From Actinomycetota bacterium (lineage in GTDB: Bacteria; Actinomycetota; CADDZG01; WHSQ01), in contig DASZZZ010000065.1 in assembly GCA_036260375.1 (NCBI GenBank), positions 1,675 through 65,674 on the forward strand: a stretch of 64,000 bases of DNA. The letters are read 5' to 3'. Shown piece after piece: positions 8,370 through 18,858 of this stretch. Numbering within the stretch: position 1 is the first letter of the stretch; each line of letters begins with the position of its first letter. The translations under genes were made by a program, and so were the position numbers. The notes beneath the pieces are model-generated. The model searched no databases, was not told the origin of the DNA, and saw only the letters and a program-made list of their open reading frames with translations.

Positions 8370-10289
8370 GTGCCGCCGCACCGGCGCCTGATGCCGCCCG
8401 AGGTGCCCGAGACGCCGGCGCGACCCGGGACCGGGCGCCGCATCATGGCGACGTTCCGCCCGTACCGCCGCCGCGTCGCGCTCGTCGCGGCGCTCATCCT
8501 CGTGACGTCGGGCCTCGGCCTCATCAACCCGTTGCTCATCAAGGTCGTGTTCGACGACGTCATCCTCGGTACGGGTCCGAGCGGCGAGCGCTTCCGGCTG
8601 CTCCTCGTGGTGGGCGGCGTGATGATCGTCGTGCCGATCGTCAGCGGCGCGCTCGGGCTGTGGCAGACGTACACGAACAACGTCGTCGGCCAGAGCGTCA
8701 TGCAGGACCTGCGCAACTCCCTCTACACGCACCTGCAGCACATGCCGCTGAAGTTCTTCACGTCGACGCGCACCGGCGAGATCCAGTCGCGCCTGTCGAA
8801 CGACGTCGGCGGCGTCCAGACCGTCCTGACCGACACCGCGTCGAGCATCCTCGCCAACGTCACGACGGTCATCTCGACCGTCGTCGCGATGCTCATCCTG
8901 TCGTGGCACCTGACGTTGCTGTCGCTCGGGATCCTGCCCGCGTTCCTGTGGCTGAGCCGCAAGGTCGGCAAGGTGCGGCGCGAGGTGTCGGGCCAGACCC
9001 AGGAGTCGCTCGCCGACCTCACCGCGATCATGCAGGAGACGCTGTCAGTCTCCGGCATCCTGCTGTCGAAGGCGTTCGGGCGCCAGGCGTACGAGATCGA
9101 CCGCTTCCGGCGCGAGAACCGGCGGCTGTCGGAGCTCGAGATCAGGCGCACGATGGTGGGCCGCGGCTTCTTCTCGCTCGTACAGATCTTCTTCTCGATC
9201 ACGCCCGCGTTCGTCTACCTGTTGGCGGGCTGGCTGTTCCTGAGCGGGCGCGTCGGCGGCAATCCCAGCGCGATCGTGGGGACCATCGTGGCGTTCACGA
9301 CGCTGCAGAGCCGGCTGTTCTTCCCGATGGGACAGTTGCTCAACGTCGGTGTCGAGATCCAGTCGTCGCTGGCGCTGTTCGACCGGATCTTCGAGTACCT
9401 CGACCTCGAGCGCGACATCGCCGACCGCGACGGCGCGCTCGAGCTGCAGCCGTCGGAGGTGCGCGGCGAGGTCGTCTACGACGACGTCTGGTTCCGTTAC
9501 GAGCGACAGCGTGCGGACGGCGCCGGCGACCGCAGGCTGTGGACGATCGCGGGAGTGGGCTTCACGGCGCGCCCGGGCGAGCTCGTCGCGCTCGTGGGCC
9601 CGTCGGGCGCCGGCAAGACGACGCTCACGTACTTGCTGCCGCGCCTCTACGACGTCGACCGCGGGGCGGTGCGCATCGACGGCGTCGACGTGCGCGACAT
9701 CCGTCTCGAGTCGCTCGGGGAGATCGTCGGCTTCGTCACGCAGGAGACGTACCTGTTCAACACGACGATCCGAGACAACCTCCGCTACGGGAACCCGGAC
9801 GCGACCGACGCGGATCTGGAGGTCGCGGCGCGCGCCGCGCACATCTACGAGCGCATCGCCGAGCTCCCCGACGGCTTCGACACCGTCGTCGGCGAGCGCG
9901 GCTACAAGATGTCGGGCGGCGAGAAGCAACGCCTCGCGATCGCGCGCGTGATCCTCAAGGACCCGCGCGTGCTCGTGCTCGACGAGGCGACGAGCGCGCT
10001 CGACACGCACTCGGAGCGGCTCGTGCAGGAGGCGCTGAGGCCGCTGATGGCCGGGCGCACGACGATCGCGATCGCGCACCGCCTGTCGACGATCCTTGCC
10101 GCCGACACGATCCTGTACCTCGACCGCGGGCGCATCGTCGAGCGCGGCTCGCACTCCGAGCTCCTCGCGCGCGGCGGCGCGTACGCGGCGCTGTACCACG
10201 AGCAGTTCTCCGACGGGCGCGTCGAGACGAGGTGCGAAGATGGCCTCGTCCTGTCGAGCGGCGAGGTGGTGCACGAGGAGGCCCTGTGA
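8370..10289 (+). CDS. ABC transporter, fused permease/ATP-binding exporter (MsbA/type I exporter-like)
   Basis: Six-TM N-terminal half. Walker [10 protein letters not shown], signature MSGGEKQR, Walker [12 protein letters not shown] and H-loop IAHRLST. GTG 8370 is preceded by GAGGAG. Confidence 0.9.
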   Translation: MPPHRRLMPPEVPETPARPGTGRRIMATFRPYRRRVALVAALILVTSGLGLINPLLIKVVFDDVILGTGPSGERFRLLLVVGGVMIVVPIVSGALGLWQTYTNNVVGQSVMQDLRNSLYTHLQHMPLKFFTSTRTGEIQSRLSNDVGGVQTVLTDTASSILANVTTVISTVVAMLILSWHLTLLSLGILPAFLWLSRKVGKVRREVSGQTQESLADLTAIMQETLSVSGILLSKAFGRQAYEIDRFRRENRRLSELEIRRTMVGRGFFSLVQIFFSITPAFVYLLAGWLFLSGRVGGNPSAIVGTIVAFTTLQSRLFFPMGQLLNVGVEIQSSLALFDRIFEYLDLERDIADRDGALELQPSEVRGEVVYDDVWFRYERQRADGAGDRRLWTIAGVGFTARPGELVALVGPSGAGKTTLTYLLPRLYDVDRGAVRIDGVDVRDIRLESLGEIVGFVTQETYLFNTTIRDNLRYGNPDATDADLEVAARAAHIYERIAELPDGFDTVVGERGYKMSGGEKQRLAIARVILKDPRVLVLDEATSALDTHSERLVQEALRPLMAGRTTIAIAHRLSTILAADTILYLDRGRIVERGSHSELLARGGAYAALYHEQFSDGRVETRCEDGLVLSSGEVVHEEAL

Positions 10290-11053
10290 ACGTCGATGGC
10301 AAGGTCGCGCTCGTAACGGGGGGCGCGTCGGGGCTCGGGCGCGCGACGGTGCGAGAGCTGCACGACGCGGGAGCGTCGGTCGTCGTCGTGGACCTGCCGG
10401 GCTCCGACGGCGAGACGGCCGCCAAGGAGCTCGGCGACGCGGGGGCGTTCGCGGCCGCCGACGTGACGTCGGAGGACGACGTGCGCGCCGCGGTCGGGGC
10501 CGCGGCCGAGCGCTTCGGCGCGCTGCACGTCGCCGTCAACTGCGCCGGCGTCGGCTTCCCCGGGCGCGTGCTGACGCGCGACGGGGACCCGATCGACCTC
10601 GAGCGGTTCGAGGCCGTCGTACGCATAAACCTCGTCGGGACCTTCAACGTCGTCCGCCTCGCGGCGGCGCAGATGGCGTCGCAGCAGCCCGACGGCGAGG
10701 AGCGCGGCGTGATCGTGAACACGTCGAGCATCGCCGCGTTCGACGGCCAGATCGGCCAGGCCGCCTACGCGGCGTCGAAGGGAGGCGTCGCGGGCATGAC
10801 GCTGCCGATCGCCCGCGACCTCGCGACGCGGCAGATCCGGTGCGTCTCGATCGCGCCGGGCACGTTCGACACGCCGATGCTCGCCGGCCTGCCCGAGGAC
10901 GCGCGCACGAGCCTCGCGGAGCAGATCCCACACCCGCGCCGCCTCGGGCGCCCGGAGGAGTTCGCCCTGCTGGTGCGCCACGTCGTCGAGAACCCGATGC
11001 TCAACGGAGAGGTCATCCGGCTCGACGGCGCGCTGCGCATGCCGCCGCGCTGA
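10286..11053 (+). CDS. SDR-family oxidoreductase, 3-hydroxyacyl-CoA dehydrogenase type II-like
   Basis: [12 protein letters not shown] and YAASKGG motifs. It occupies the 3' end of the long track ORF 7583-11053. GTG 10286 overlaps the upstream TGA (GTGA). Confidence 0.85.
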   Translation: MNVDGKVALVTGGASGLGRATVRELHDAGASVVVVDLPGSDGETAAKELGDAGAFAAADVTSEDDVRAAVGAAAERFGALHVAVNCAGVGFPGRVLTRDGDPIDLERFEAVVRINLVGTFNVVRLAAAQMASQQPDGEERGVIVNTSSIAAFDGQIGQAAYAASKGGVAGMTLPIARDLATRQIRCVSIAPGTFDTPMLAGLPEDARTSLAEQIPHPRRLGRPEEFALLVRHVVENPMLNGEVIRLDGALRMPPR

Positions 11054-11096
11054 CGCTTTGCGAGAGCGGGACGCCTCTACGGCCGGGGGTGGCGCC

Positions 11097-11486
11097 TCAC
11101 GCGCCGCGGGAGCGTCCGGCGACGGCCTGGACGAGCGCGTCGTCGCCCTCGTCGTCCGCGTCGGCGTCGTTCGCGGCCTCGGGGCGCTGCCCCTCGGACT
11201 CCGCGGGCGCCTCGGCCCGGTCGCGCTCGAGCTCGCGCCACTCCTTCTCCGCCCAGCGAAGCTTCTCGACCGCCGACGCGAGGTCGAGGAAGTGGACCGG
11301 CACGATCGACGCCCGCGGCCGCAGGTACGCGTCGCCGATCAGCGCGTCGAGCTCCCGCCGGGCCTCGATCAGGCGAGCACGGATCATCCGAAGGCGTTCG
11401 GCCTGCTCGTCCGTATAGCGCGACTCGTCGAAGCTCAGGGCGGGCTCCTTGTCCTGTCGGGCGTCGACGGCGGCTGACCGCTCCAC
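11097..11486 (-). CDS. hypothetical coiled-coil/acidic protein (129 aa, start uncertain)
   Basis: Very high GC3 and a normal composition (DESRYTDEQAERLRMIRARLIEARRELDALIGD...). The opposite-strand ORF is Arg/Gly-rich shadow. No family recognised. Confidence 0.5.
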   Translation of the reverse strand: MERSAAVDARQDKEPALSFDESRYTDEQAERLRMIRARLIEARRELDALIGDAYLRPRASIVPVHFLDLASAVEKLRWAEKEWRELERDRAEAPAESEGQRPEAANDADADDEGDDALVQAVAGRSRGA

Positions 11487-11587
11487 CGGCGCGGAGACTC
11501 GTACGAGGGTACATCCCCCCGGTCGGGGTCACAAGCGCGCGAGGCGGCGGCTCCGGGGGGCCGCGCGCCGGGCGGTATCCTGCGCCG

Positions 11588-12973
11588 ATGCTCGACGAGG
11601 GAGTCGTGAGGAAGGTCCTGTCCGAGGCGCTGCGCGGCGGCGCGGACGAGGCCGAGCTGTTCGTCGAGGACCGTCGCTCGAGCGCGCTGCGACTCGAGGA
11701 CGGGCGCGTCGAGGACGTGTCGTCGGGCGTCGACGCGGGGGCCGGGGTGCGCGTCCTCGACGGCGACCGCGCGACGTACGCGTACACGAACCGCGTCGCG
11801 CTGGACGCGCTGCTCGACGCGGCGCGCGCGGCCCGGGCCGGCGCGTCGGCGGCGTCGGGCGGCGAGGTCGCCGACCTGCGGGCGGTCGCGCCGGCGGCGA
11901 CGCACCCGGTCCGCCGGCCCCCCGAGGACGTCGACGCCGCGGACAAGGTCACGGCGTTGCGCGCCGCCGACGCCGCGGCCCGCGCGGTGTCGAACGACGT
12001 GCGGCAGGTCGTGGCGTCCTACGCCGACGTCCGCCAGAAGGTCCTCGTCGCGTCGTCCGACGGCCGCATCGCGCACGACGACCGCACGCGCGTGCGCGTG
12101 TCCGTCCAGGTCGTCGCCGCGCGCGACGGCAACATCGCGACCGGCTACGAGGCCCCCGGCCACTCGGGCGGCTTCGAGCTGCTCGAGGTGCATGACCCCG
12201 TCGCGCTCGCAGAGCGCGCCGCCGGGAAGGCCGTGCGCATGCTCGACGCGCGCCCGTCGCCCGCGGGCGAGTTCCCCGTCGTGCTCGCGCCGGGCACGGG
12301 CGGCGTGCTCATCCACGAGGCGTGCGGCCACGGCCTCGAGGCCGACACGCTCGTGAAGTCGGCGAGCGTGTACGCGGACCGCGAGGGAGAGCGGTTCGGG
12401 TCCGAGGCGGTGACGATCGTCGACGACGGCACCGACGTCAACGCGTGGGGCTCGTTCGGCGTCGACGACGAGGGCACGCCCGCGCAGCGCACGGTGTTGT
12501 TCGACCGCGGCGTCCTCGTCGGCCACCTCAGCGACCGGCGCTCGGCCCGCAAGATCGGGCGCCCGCCGACCGGCAACGCGCGGCGCCAGTCGTACGCGCA
12601 CCTCCCGATCGTCCGCATGAGCAACACGTACCTGCTGCCGGGCGACGACGACCCGGCCGCGATCGTCGCGTCGGTCGAGCGCGGGATCTACGCGGCGACG
12701 TTCGCCGGCGGCGAGGTCAACCCGGCGACGGGCAACTTCGTGTTCGGCATGAACGAGGCGTACATGATCGAGAACGGCGAGATCGCGTACCCGGTCAAGG
12801 GCGCGCAACTCATCGGCAACGGCCCCCAGGTGCTCGGCGTGATCGACGCCATCGGCGACGACTTCGGGCGCAAGGAGGGCGTGTGCGGCAAGGACGGCCA
12901 GCGCGCACCGGTGACCAACGGGATGGCGACGGTGCTGCTCGGGCGGATGACGGTCGGGGGCACGGAGGCGTGA
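11588..12973 (+). CDS. tldD: metalloprotease TldD
   Basis: 461 aa with the HEACGHGLE zinc motif and a conserved C-terminal GxC...G region, followed by its usual partner PmbA. Confidence 0.9.
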   Translation: MLDEGVVRKVLSEALRGGADEAELFVEDRRSSALRLEDGRVEDVSSGVDAGAGVRVLDGDRATYAYTNRVALDALLDAARAARAGASAASGGEVADLRAVAPAATHPVRRPPEDVDAADKVTALRAADAAARAVSNDVRQVVASYADVRQKVLVASSDGRIAHDDRTRVRVSVQVVAARDGNIATGYEAPGHSGGFELLEVHDPVALAERAAGKAVRMLDARPSPAGEFPVVLAPGTGGVLIHEACGHGLEADTLVKSASVYADREGERFGSEAVTIVDDGTDVNAWGSFGVDDEGTPAQRTVLFDRGVLVGHLSDRRSARKIGRPPTGNARRQSYAHLPIVRMSNTYLLPGDDDPAAIVASVERGIYAATFAGGEVNPATGNFVFGMNEAYMIENGEIAYPVKGAQLIGNGPQVLGVIDAIGDDFGRKEGVCGKDGQRAPVTNGMATVLLGRMTVGGTEA

Positions 12974-14325
12974 GCGACGACCGGTCCCTGCTCGACCTCG
13001 CGCTGCGCATCGCGGCGCGCGCGTCCGAGCGCGAGGACGTCGAGGCGTACGTCACCCACGCGCGCAACTTCAACGTGAAGGTCTACGACGGCGAGGTCGA
13101 GTCGCTGTCGTCCGCCGAGCCGCGCGGAGCCGGCGTGCGCGTCCTCGCCGGGGGCCGCGTCGGCTTCGCGTACAGCACCGACCTGTCCGAGACCGGCCTC
13201 GACGAGCTCGTCGCGCGGGGACGCGACAACGCGCGCCACGCGGACCCCGACGACGCCGCCGGGCTCGCCGAGCGCGCCGACGGAGACTCCCTCGCCGACC
13301 TCGTCGACGACGCCCACGCCGGTGTCGCGGTCGAGCGCAAGGTCGAGTTCGCGCTCGACGTCGAGCGCGCGACGCGCGGCGCCGACCGGCGCGTGCGCGG
13401 CGTCGAGGAGTCGGTGTACGCCGACTCCGACACGGAGGTCGCCATCGCGTCGTCCACGGGTCTCGCGGGGTCGTACCGGCGCACCGACGCGTGGTGCTAC
13501 TCGATCGCGCTGGTGACGGAGGGCGACGAGACGCAGGTCGGCTTCGACTTCGAGCTCGGGCGCGGGCTCGGGGCGCTCGACGCCGCCGCGCTCGGGCGCC
13601 GCGCCGCGGAGCGGGGACTGCGCGTGCTCGGCGCGCGCAAGATCCCGTCGACGCGCCTTCCGGTGGTCTTCGACCCGTACGTCGCGGGGCAGTTCCTCGG
13701 CGTGCTCGGGTCCGCCCTCACGGGCGAGGCGGTGCAGAAGGGGCGCTCGCTGTTTGCCGGCAGGCTCGGCGAACCGGTCGCGTCGGAGACGCTCACGCTG
13801 GTCGACGACGGACGCGCGCCGGGCGCGCCCGGGTCGGCGCCGTGGGACGGCGAGGGCGTGCCGACGCAGCGCACCGAGGTCGTGCGCGACGGGGTGCTGC
13901 ACTCGTACCTCTACGACGTCAGGAGCGCGCGGCGCGAGGGCCGCGCGTCGACCGGCAACGCGGCGCGCGCCGGGTTCTCGTCGCCGCCGCACCCGGCCCC
14001 CACGAACCTCGCGTTCGATCCGACCGGGCAGAGCGCGGACGACGTCATGCGGAGCGCGGGCCGCGCCCTGCTGGTGCAGGACTTCCACGGCGTCCATTCC
14101 GGCGCCAACCCCGTCTCGGGCGACTTCTCGGTCGGCGCGACCGGGATGCTGCTCGAGGACGGCGCGCCGACGCGGCCCGTGCGCGAGGTGACGATCGCGG
14201 CTCCGATGCTCGACGTCCTCGCCGGTATCGTCGCGGTCGCAGACGATCGCCGGTGGCTCCCGTTCGGCGGCTCCTACGGCGGCGCGACGACGCTCGTCGC
14301 GGAGATGACCGTCGCCGGCGAGTAG
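12970..14325 (+). CDS. pmbA: metalloprotease PmbA/TldE
   Basis: TldD/PmbA-fold sequence without the HExxxH motif. GTG 12970 overlaps the tldD stop (GTGA). Ends ...VAEMTVAGE. Confidence 0.85.
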   Translation: MSDDRSLLDLALRIAARASEREDVEAYVTHARNFNVKVYDGEVESLSSAEPRGAGVRVLAGGRVGFAYSTDLSETGLDELVARGRDNARHADPDDAAGLAERADGDSLADLVDDAHAGVAVERKVEFALDVERATRGADRRVRGVEESVYADSDTEVAIASSTGLAGSYRRTDAWCYSIALVTEGDETQVGFDFELGRGLGALDAAALGRRAAERGLRVLGARKIPSTRLPVVFDPYVAGQFLGVLGSALTGEAVQKGRSLFAGRLGEPVASETLTLVDDGRAPGAPGSAPWDGEGVPTQRTEVVRDGVLHSYLYDVRSARREGRASTGNAARAGFSSPPHPAPTNLAFDPTGQSADDVMRSAGRALLVQDFHGVHSGANPVSGDFSVGATGMLLEDGAPTRPVREVTIAAPMLDVLAGIVAVADDRRWLPFGGSYGGATTLVAEMTVAGE

Positions 14326-14336
14326 CGCCGGCCGCG

Positions 14337-15146
14337 TCACACGAGCACGTAGAACAGCGGCCCCGCCACGATGCAGTAGAGCGCGAACGGGTACAGCGTG
14401 TTGGCGCGCAGGAACGCGATGAGCGCCGCGATCGCGGCGTAGGACGTCACGAGCGACGCCGCGAACCCCGCGACCGCGGCGCCGAGCCCGAGCGTGGCGT
14501 CGCCCGACACGTCCGGCGCCGACACGACCGCGGCCCCCGCCAGCGCCGGGATCGACAGCAGGAACGCGAACCGAGCCGCGTCGTCGCGCGTCAGCGCGAG
14601 CGCGAGCCCCGCGCCGATCGTGGAGCCGGAGCGCGAGATGCCGGGCAGGATCGAGACCGCCTGCGCGACGCCGATGGCCGTCGCGTCGGCCGCGGTGATG
14701 TCCGCGGTACGCCGCAGGGCGGCTCCCGTGCGCGCCCGCGTCCGCTCGTGGTACGCGAGCGCAAGCTCGGCCCCCGCGAGGATGACCGCGGTGATGGCGA
14801 GCTGGACCGCGGCGGCGCGCGCGTCCTCGAACTGCCCCTCGAAGAAGTCGGCGAGCAGCACGCCGGCGAGGGCGGCGGGGACGGTTCCGATCGCGAGCGC
14901 GGCGAGCAGGCGGCGCGCGCCGCGATCGCCCGCCCGAACGCCGCGCGCGAGGTCGACGAGATCGCCGGAGAAGTAGACGAGCAGCGCCAGAAGCGACGCC
15001 GCGTGCAGCAGGACGTCGAACGCCAGGCCCGGCTGGCGCCACCCGAGCAGCTCGGGAACGATCACGAGATGGCCCGACGAGGAGATCGGCACGAACTCCG
15101 TGAGGCCCTGGACGCTGCCGAGCACTATTGCCTGGACGACCGACAC
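14337..15146 (-). CDS. uppP: undecaprenyl-diphosphate phosphatase
   Basis: LTEFVPISSSGHL and PGISRSGSTI motifs of BacA/UppP. 269 aa from the GTG at 15146. The longer track ORF extension is Arg-rich and was rejected. Confidence 0.9.
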   Translation of the reverse strand: MSVVQAIVLGSVQGLTEFVPISSSGHLVIVPELLGWRQPGLAFDVLLHAASLLALLVYFSGDLVDLARGVRAGDRGARRLLAALAIGTVPAALAGVLLADFFEGQFEDARAAAVQLAITAVILAGAELALAYHERTRARTGAALRRTADITAADATAIGVAQAVSILPGISRSGSTIGAGLALALTRDDAARFAFLLSIPALAGAAVVSAPDVSGDATLGLGAAVAGFAASLVTSYAAIAALIAFLRANTLYPFALYCIVAGPLFYVLV

Positions 15147-15353
15147 GGCGGGGCAGCATAGCGGCGCGCCCGGCGCCGGGCGGCACGCACGCGTATTCTT
15201 GCGAAGCGAGCAGGAACGCGGGCGGACGCGGCGAAGCTGGCGATGGGAGGTGCCATGCCGCGTCGTGAGAACCGCCGGCCGGACTCGCGGCGCGAGCGGC
15301 GACCCGCCTGCAGCACCCGACGACGACCCATCACGAAGCCCCACCCCGTCCCT

Positions 15354-15386
15354 CGAAGCGGCCCCCATGCCCCGGGGGCCGCTTCG
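15354..15386 (-). terminator. perfect 13-bp hairpin downstream of the FmdB-family gene
   Basis: CGAAGCGGCCCCC (15354-15366), a 7-nt loop, then GGGGGCCGCTTCG (15374-15386). It lies about 60 nt 3' of the minus-strand stop at 15448. No U-tract. Confidence 0.5.
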
Positions 15387-15447
15387 CGTGCGGCCGCCGG
15401 ACGGGTGACGGATGCGCGGGCGATGGGCGCGGCCGTCGCGGCGCGCG

Positions 15448-15744
15448 TCAGGTGCTGGAGGCCTCGGTGCTGGGCTTGGTCTCGGTCTTCGTGGCCGGTT
15501 CGCTCTTGGCGGGCGCGCCGCTCTTGGCGGGACCGTCCGACGCCGGCTTCGCGGACGGCTTCGAGTCCTTGCGCGCGTCCGTCGCATAGAAGCCCGAGCC
15601 CTTGAAGACGATGCCGACCGGCGAGTACAGCTTGCGCAGCTTGCCCCCGCAGTGCGGGCACACGTCGAGCGGGGGATCGTCGAATCCCTGGCGGGCCTCC
15701 GTGCGCTCGCCGCAGGCCGTGCAGGCGTACTCGTAGATCGGCAT
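15448..15744 (-). CDS. FmdB-family zinc-ribbon protein with low-complexity Lys/Pro/Ser/Ala tail
   Basis: MPIYEYACTACGERTE...CPHCGG matches the CxxC...CxxC FmdB/CxxC_CxxC_SSSS signature. Confidence 0.85.
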   Translation of the reverse strand: MPIYEYACTACGERTEARQGFDDPPLDVCPHCGGKLRKLYSPVGIVFKGSGFYATDARKDSKPSAKPASDGPAKSGAPAKSEPATKTETKPSTEASST

Positions 15745-15854
15745 GGCGGCATCTTCTCACAGCGTCATGCGGCGACATGCTCCGGGAGTTGCTCACGAGA
15801 CTCGGCCGCGTGGACATAAAGTGGGTAGGTCCGGGTGTCGACATCCCTAGAGAG

Positions 15855-17888
15855 ATGAGGGACATGTCCCTTCGGCGCCGCCTCACGCTCTTCTTCGTGC
15901 TCATCGTCATCGTGCCGCTCGCACTGGCCGGGTTCGCCGTCCAGCGAGTCGTCGCGAACGAGATGGCGCGGCGCGCCGCGGACGACCTCGAGCCGGCGCT
16001 CGACACGACCGTCGCCCTGTACCGCCGCGACGCCGGCGCGGCCGACGACCACCTCGCCCGTCTGCTCGTCGAGCCCGGGCGGCTCGCGCGTGTGCTGGAG
16101 TCCGGCCGACGCGCGGCGGCCGACGACTACCTCGCCGGGAGCCTCGCCCGCGCGCGCGCGTTCGACTTCCTCGGCATCGTCGACCCGTCGGGGCGCGTGC
16201 TCGCATTCGCGCGCGCGTCGCGTCCGCAGCTCCTGCCGGGCGTCGGCGTGCCGGCCGCGACGAGGCTGGTGACGCCGCGGACGGGCCTCGGCCCGGGCTA
16301 CGCACGCACGGTCTCGATCCCGCTCCAGGACGAGGGTGGTGGGCATGCCGGCACGCTCGTCGGCGGCGTGTGGCTCGACCACGGGTTCCTCGCGCAGCTC
16401 CCGCAGCAGGCGGGGGTCGAGTCGTCGCTCGCGTGGCGCGGACGCATCATCGCGACGACGCTGCCGCTCAACGCCCCGGCCCCCGTCGACGTGCGGCCGG
16501 GCGAGCTCGGCGAGGTCGCGCTCGAGGACGGGTCGACCGCCGCGGCGCGGGCGCTGTCGGACGACCTCGTGGTGCTCGCGTCGACGCCCACCGAGCCCGT
16601 TGACCACCTGTCGCGCAACGTCCTCGTGTCGGTCCTCACGCTGCTTGCCCTCGTCCTGGCGGGGACCTTCGTGCTCGCGTGGTTCCTGTCGCGCCTCATC
16701 ACGCATCCGCTCGAGGAGCTCGCAGCGGGCGCGCGCGCGATCGCCGACGGTCGGTTCGACTACGCCATCCCCGTCCGCTCCAACGACGAGGTCGGGCGGC
16801 TCGCGACGGTCTTCAACGAGATGACCGAGCGTCTGCACGCGACGATCAGCGAGCTGTCGTCGTCGCGCGACCAGCTGGCGCGCGCGGTCCGGCGCGTCGG
16901 CGAGACGCTGCGCGCGACGCACGACATGGGCGACCTGCGCGCGTCGATCCTCAACGTCGCCGCCGACGCGGTCGGAGCGGACGCCGCCGCCCTGTGGCTG
17001 TTCACGCCGACGCGCGACGAGCTCTACATCGCGCTGACGCGCGGCCTCGACGAGTCGACGCAGGCGCGCGTTCGCGTCGGCGACGGGATCGCGGGGCTCG
17101 TCGCCGAGCGCGGCAGGACCGTGCTCGCGCCGCGGCCCGACGGCGCGCCGAAGCGGGCGCGCGTCGAGCCGCCGTTCGAGTCGACGATCGCGGTTCCGCT
17201 CTACACGCAGGACCGCGTCACCGGCGTCCTGACGCTGTGGCGCACCGCGGACCGCCCGCGCTTCACCGAGGAGGATCTCGGCACGGCTGTGTTCCTCAGC
17301 GAGCAGGGCGGCGTCGCGATCGAGAACGTCCTGCTGCACGAGGAGGCGCAGAGACTGTCGCTGACCGACGGGCTCACCGGCGTGTGGAACCGGCGCTTCG
17401 TGCAGATGCAGTTCCGCCAGACCTTCGCTACCGCGACGCGCTTCGGCCGGCCGTTCAGCATCCTCATGCTCGACCTCGACCGCTTCAAGCACGTCAACGA
17501 CACCTTCGGTCATCAGCGCGGCGACGCGGTGCTGGTCGAGTTCGCCCAGCGCGTCAGCGGCGTCCTGCGCGAGATCGACACGTTCGGTCGCTACGGCGGC
17601 GAGGAGTTCGTGTGTCTGCTCGCCGAGACGGACGTCGAGGGCGCCCGCGCGACGGCGGAGAAGGTGCGCCACGTGATCCGCTCCGAGCCGTTCGGGGGGC
17701 CGGGCGAGCGGGGGATCGGCCTCACGGTGTCGATCGGCGTCGCGTCGTATCCCGAGCACGGCGACTCGTTCCGCTCGCTGGTGGAGAGCGCCGACAGCGC
17801 GCTGTACGTCGCGAAGCAGGAGGGCCGCGACCGCGTCTACGTCGCCGGGGGGCCGGAGAAACAGGAGAAGCTCAAGCTCGCGACGTGA
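15855..17888 (+). CDS. membrane sensor diguanylate cyclase (TM - periplasmic region - TM - HAMP - GAF - GGDEF)
   Basis: The active site GGEEF has an RxxD I-site (REID) five residues upstream. The HAMP region reads HPLEELAAGARAIADGRFDY...VGRLATVFNEMTERL. A GAF-like block precedes the GGDEF domain. Start ATG 15855 or 15864. Confidence 0.85.
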   Translation: MRDMSLRRRLTLFFVLIVIVPLALAGFAVQRVVANEMARRAADDLEPALDTTVALYRRDAGAADDHLARLLVEPGRLARVLESGRRAAADDYLAGSLARARAFDFLGIVDPSGRVLAFARASRPQLLPGVGVPAATRLVTPRTGLGPGYARTVSIPLQDEGGGHAGTLVGGVWLDHGFLAQLPQQAGVESSLAWRGRIIATTLPLNAPAPVDVRPGELGEVALEDGSTAAARALSDDLVVLASTPTEPVDHLSRNVLVSVLTLLALVLAGTFVLAWFLSRLITHPLEELAAGARAIADGRFDYAIPVRSNDEVGRLATVFNEMTERLHATISELSSSRDQLARAVRRVGETLRATHDMGDLRASILNVAADAVGADAAALWLFTPTRDELYIALTRGLDESTQARVRVGDGIAGLVAERGRTVLAPRPDGAPKRARVEPPFESTIAVPLYTQDRVTGVLTLWRTADRPRFTEEDLGTAVFLSEQGGVAIENVLLHEEAQRLSLTDGLTGVWNRRFVQMQFRQTFATATRFGRPFSILMLDLDRFKHVNDTFGHQRGDAVLVEFAQRVSGVLREIDTFGRYGGEEFVCLLAETDVEGARATAEKVRHVIRSEPFGGPGERGIGLTVSIGVASYPEHGDSFRSLVESADSALYVAKQEGRDRVYVAGGPEKQEKLKLAT

Positions 17889-17962
17889 GCCGGGGGCCGC
17901 GTCGAGCGCCCTAGACTCCTCCCGGACGTTCCGGCGCTCCCCGCACGCGACGCGAAAGGACG

Positions 17963-18856
17963 GTGCGAGACGTGGCAGTGCGCAAGGCGGTCATTCCCGC
18001 GGCCGGCCTCGGCACGCGCTTCCTGCCGGCGACCAAGGCCCAGGCCAAGGAGATGCTGCCGGTCGTCGACAAGCCGCAGGTGCAGTACGCGGTCGAGGAG
18101 GCGGTGCGCGCCGGCATGGACGACGTGCTGCTCGTTACGAGCCGCGGGAAGGGCGCGTTGGAGGACCACTTCGACCGCGCCGGGGAGCTCGAGGCGCGCT
18201 TGGAGGCGTCGGGCAAGCTCGACGAGCTCGAGGAGATACGCGCGCTGACACGGCTCGCGCGCGTCCACTCCGTGCGCCAGAACGAGCCCCTCGGCTTCGG
18301 CCACGCCGTGGCGCAGGCGCGCTCGCACGTCGGCGGGGAGCCGTTCGCGGTGCTCGTCCCAGACGAGATCGTGCCCGTGCCGCTGCCCGGCGAGCCCGCG
18401 CTGATGCAGCGCTTGGTAGAGATCCACGAGGAGACCGGCGGGAGCGTCGTCGCGGTCCAGGAGGTCGCGATGGAAGACGTGTCCGCGTACGGCGTCGTCA
18501 CTCCGGAGCCGTTTCGCGGCGACGTCGTGCGCGTCGCGGAGATCGTCGAGAAGCCGGCGCCGCAGGACGCCGCGTCGAACCTCGCGTCGCGCGGGCGCTA
18601 CCTCCTGGCCCCCGAGCTGTTCGACGCCCTCGACCGCACGACGCCGGGCGTCGGCAACGAGATCCAGCTGACCGACGCGATCAACGAGCTCGCCAAGACG
18701 CATCCGGTGTACGCGTACGTCTACCGCGGGCCGATCTTCGACGTCGGCAAGAAGCTCGACTACGTCAAGGCGACCGTGCAGCTCGCGCTGCGTCGAGACG
18801 ACCTCGCCAAGCCGGTGCGCGAGTTCCTCGCGGAGCTCGTCGCGCGCTTCGAGTAG
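17963..18856 (+). CDS. galU: UTP--glucose-1-phosphate uridylyltransferase
   Basis: [31 protein letters not shown] is the GalU N-terminal signature. 297 aa. Confidence 0.9.
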   Translation: MRDVAVRKAVIPAAGLGTRFLPATKAQAKEMLPVVDKPQVQYAVEEAVRAGMDDVLLVTSRGKGALEDHFDRAGELEARLEASGKLDELEEIRALTRLARVHSVRQNEPLGFGHAVAQARSHVGGEPFAVLVPDEIVPVPLPGEPALMQRLVEIHEETGGSVVAVQEVAMEDVSAYGVVTPEPFRGDVVRVAEIVEKPAPQDAASNLASRGRYLLAPELFDALDRTTPGVGNEIQLTDAINELAKTHPVYAYVYRGPIFDVGKKLDYVKATVQLALRRDDLAKPVREFLAELVARFE

Positions 18857-18858
18857 CC

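Noticed and set aside
7583-10285. Upstream 900 codons of the 1156-aa track ORF 7583-11053
   Set aside because: Only the last 255 codons (from GTG 10286) look like a protein (SDR motifs). The rest is Arg/Pro/Ala-rich and out of frame with the OMT and ABC exporter genes, which have real motifs.
12688-15186. 832-aa minus-strand ORF over pmbA/uppP
   Set aside because: It is a shadow frame, Arg-rich and antisense to pmbA. Only the separate uppP frame (14337-15146) is coding-like.
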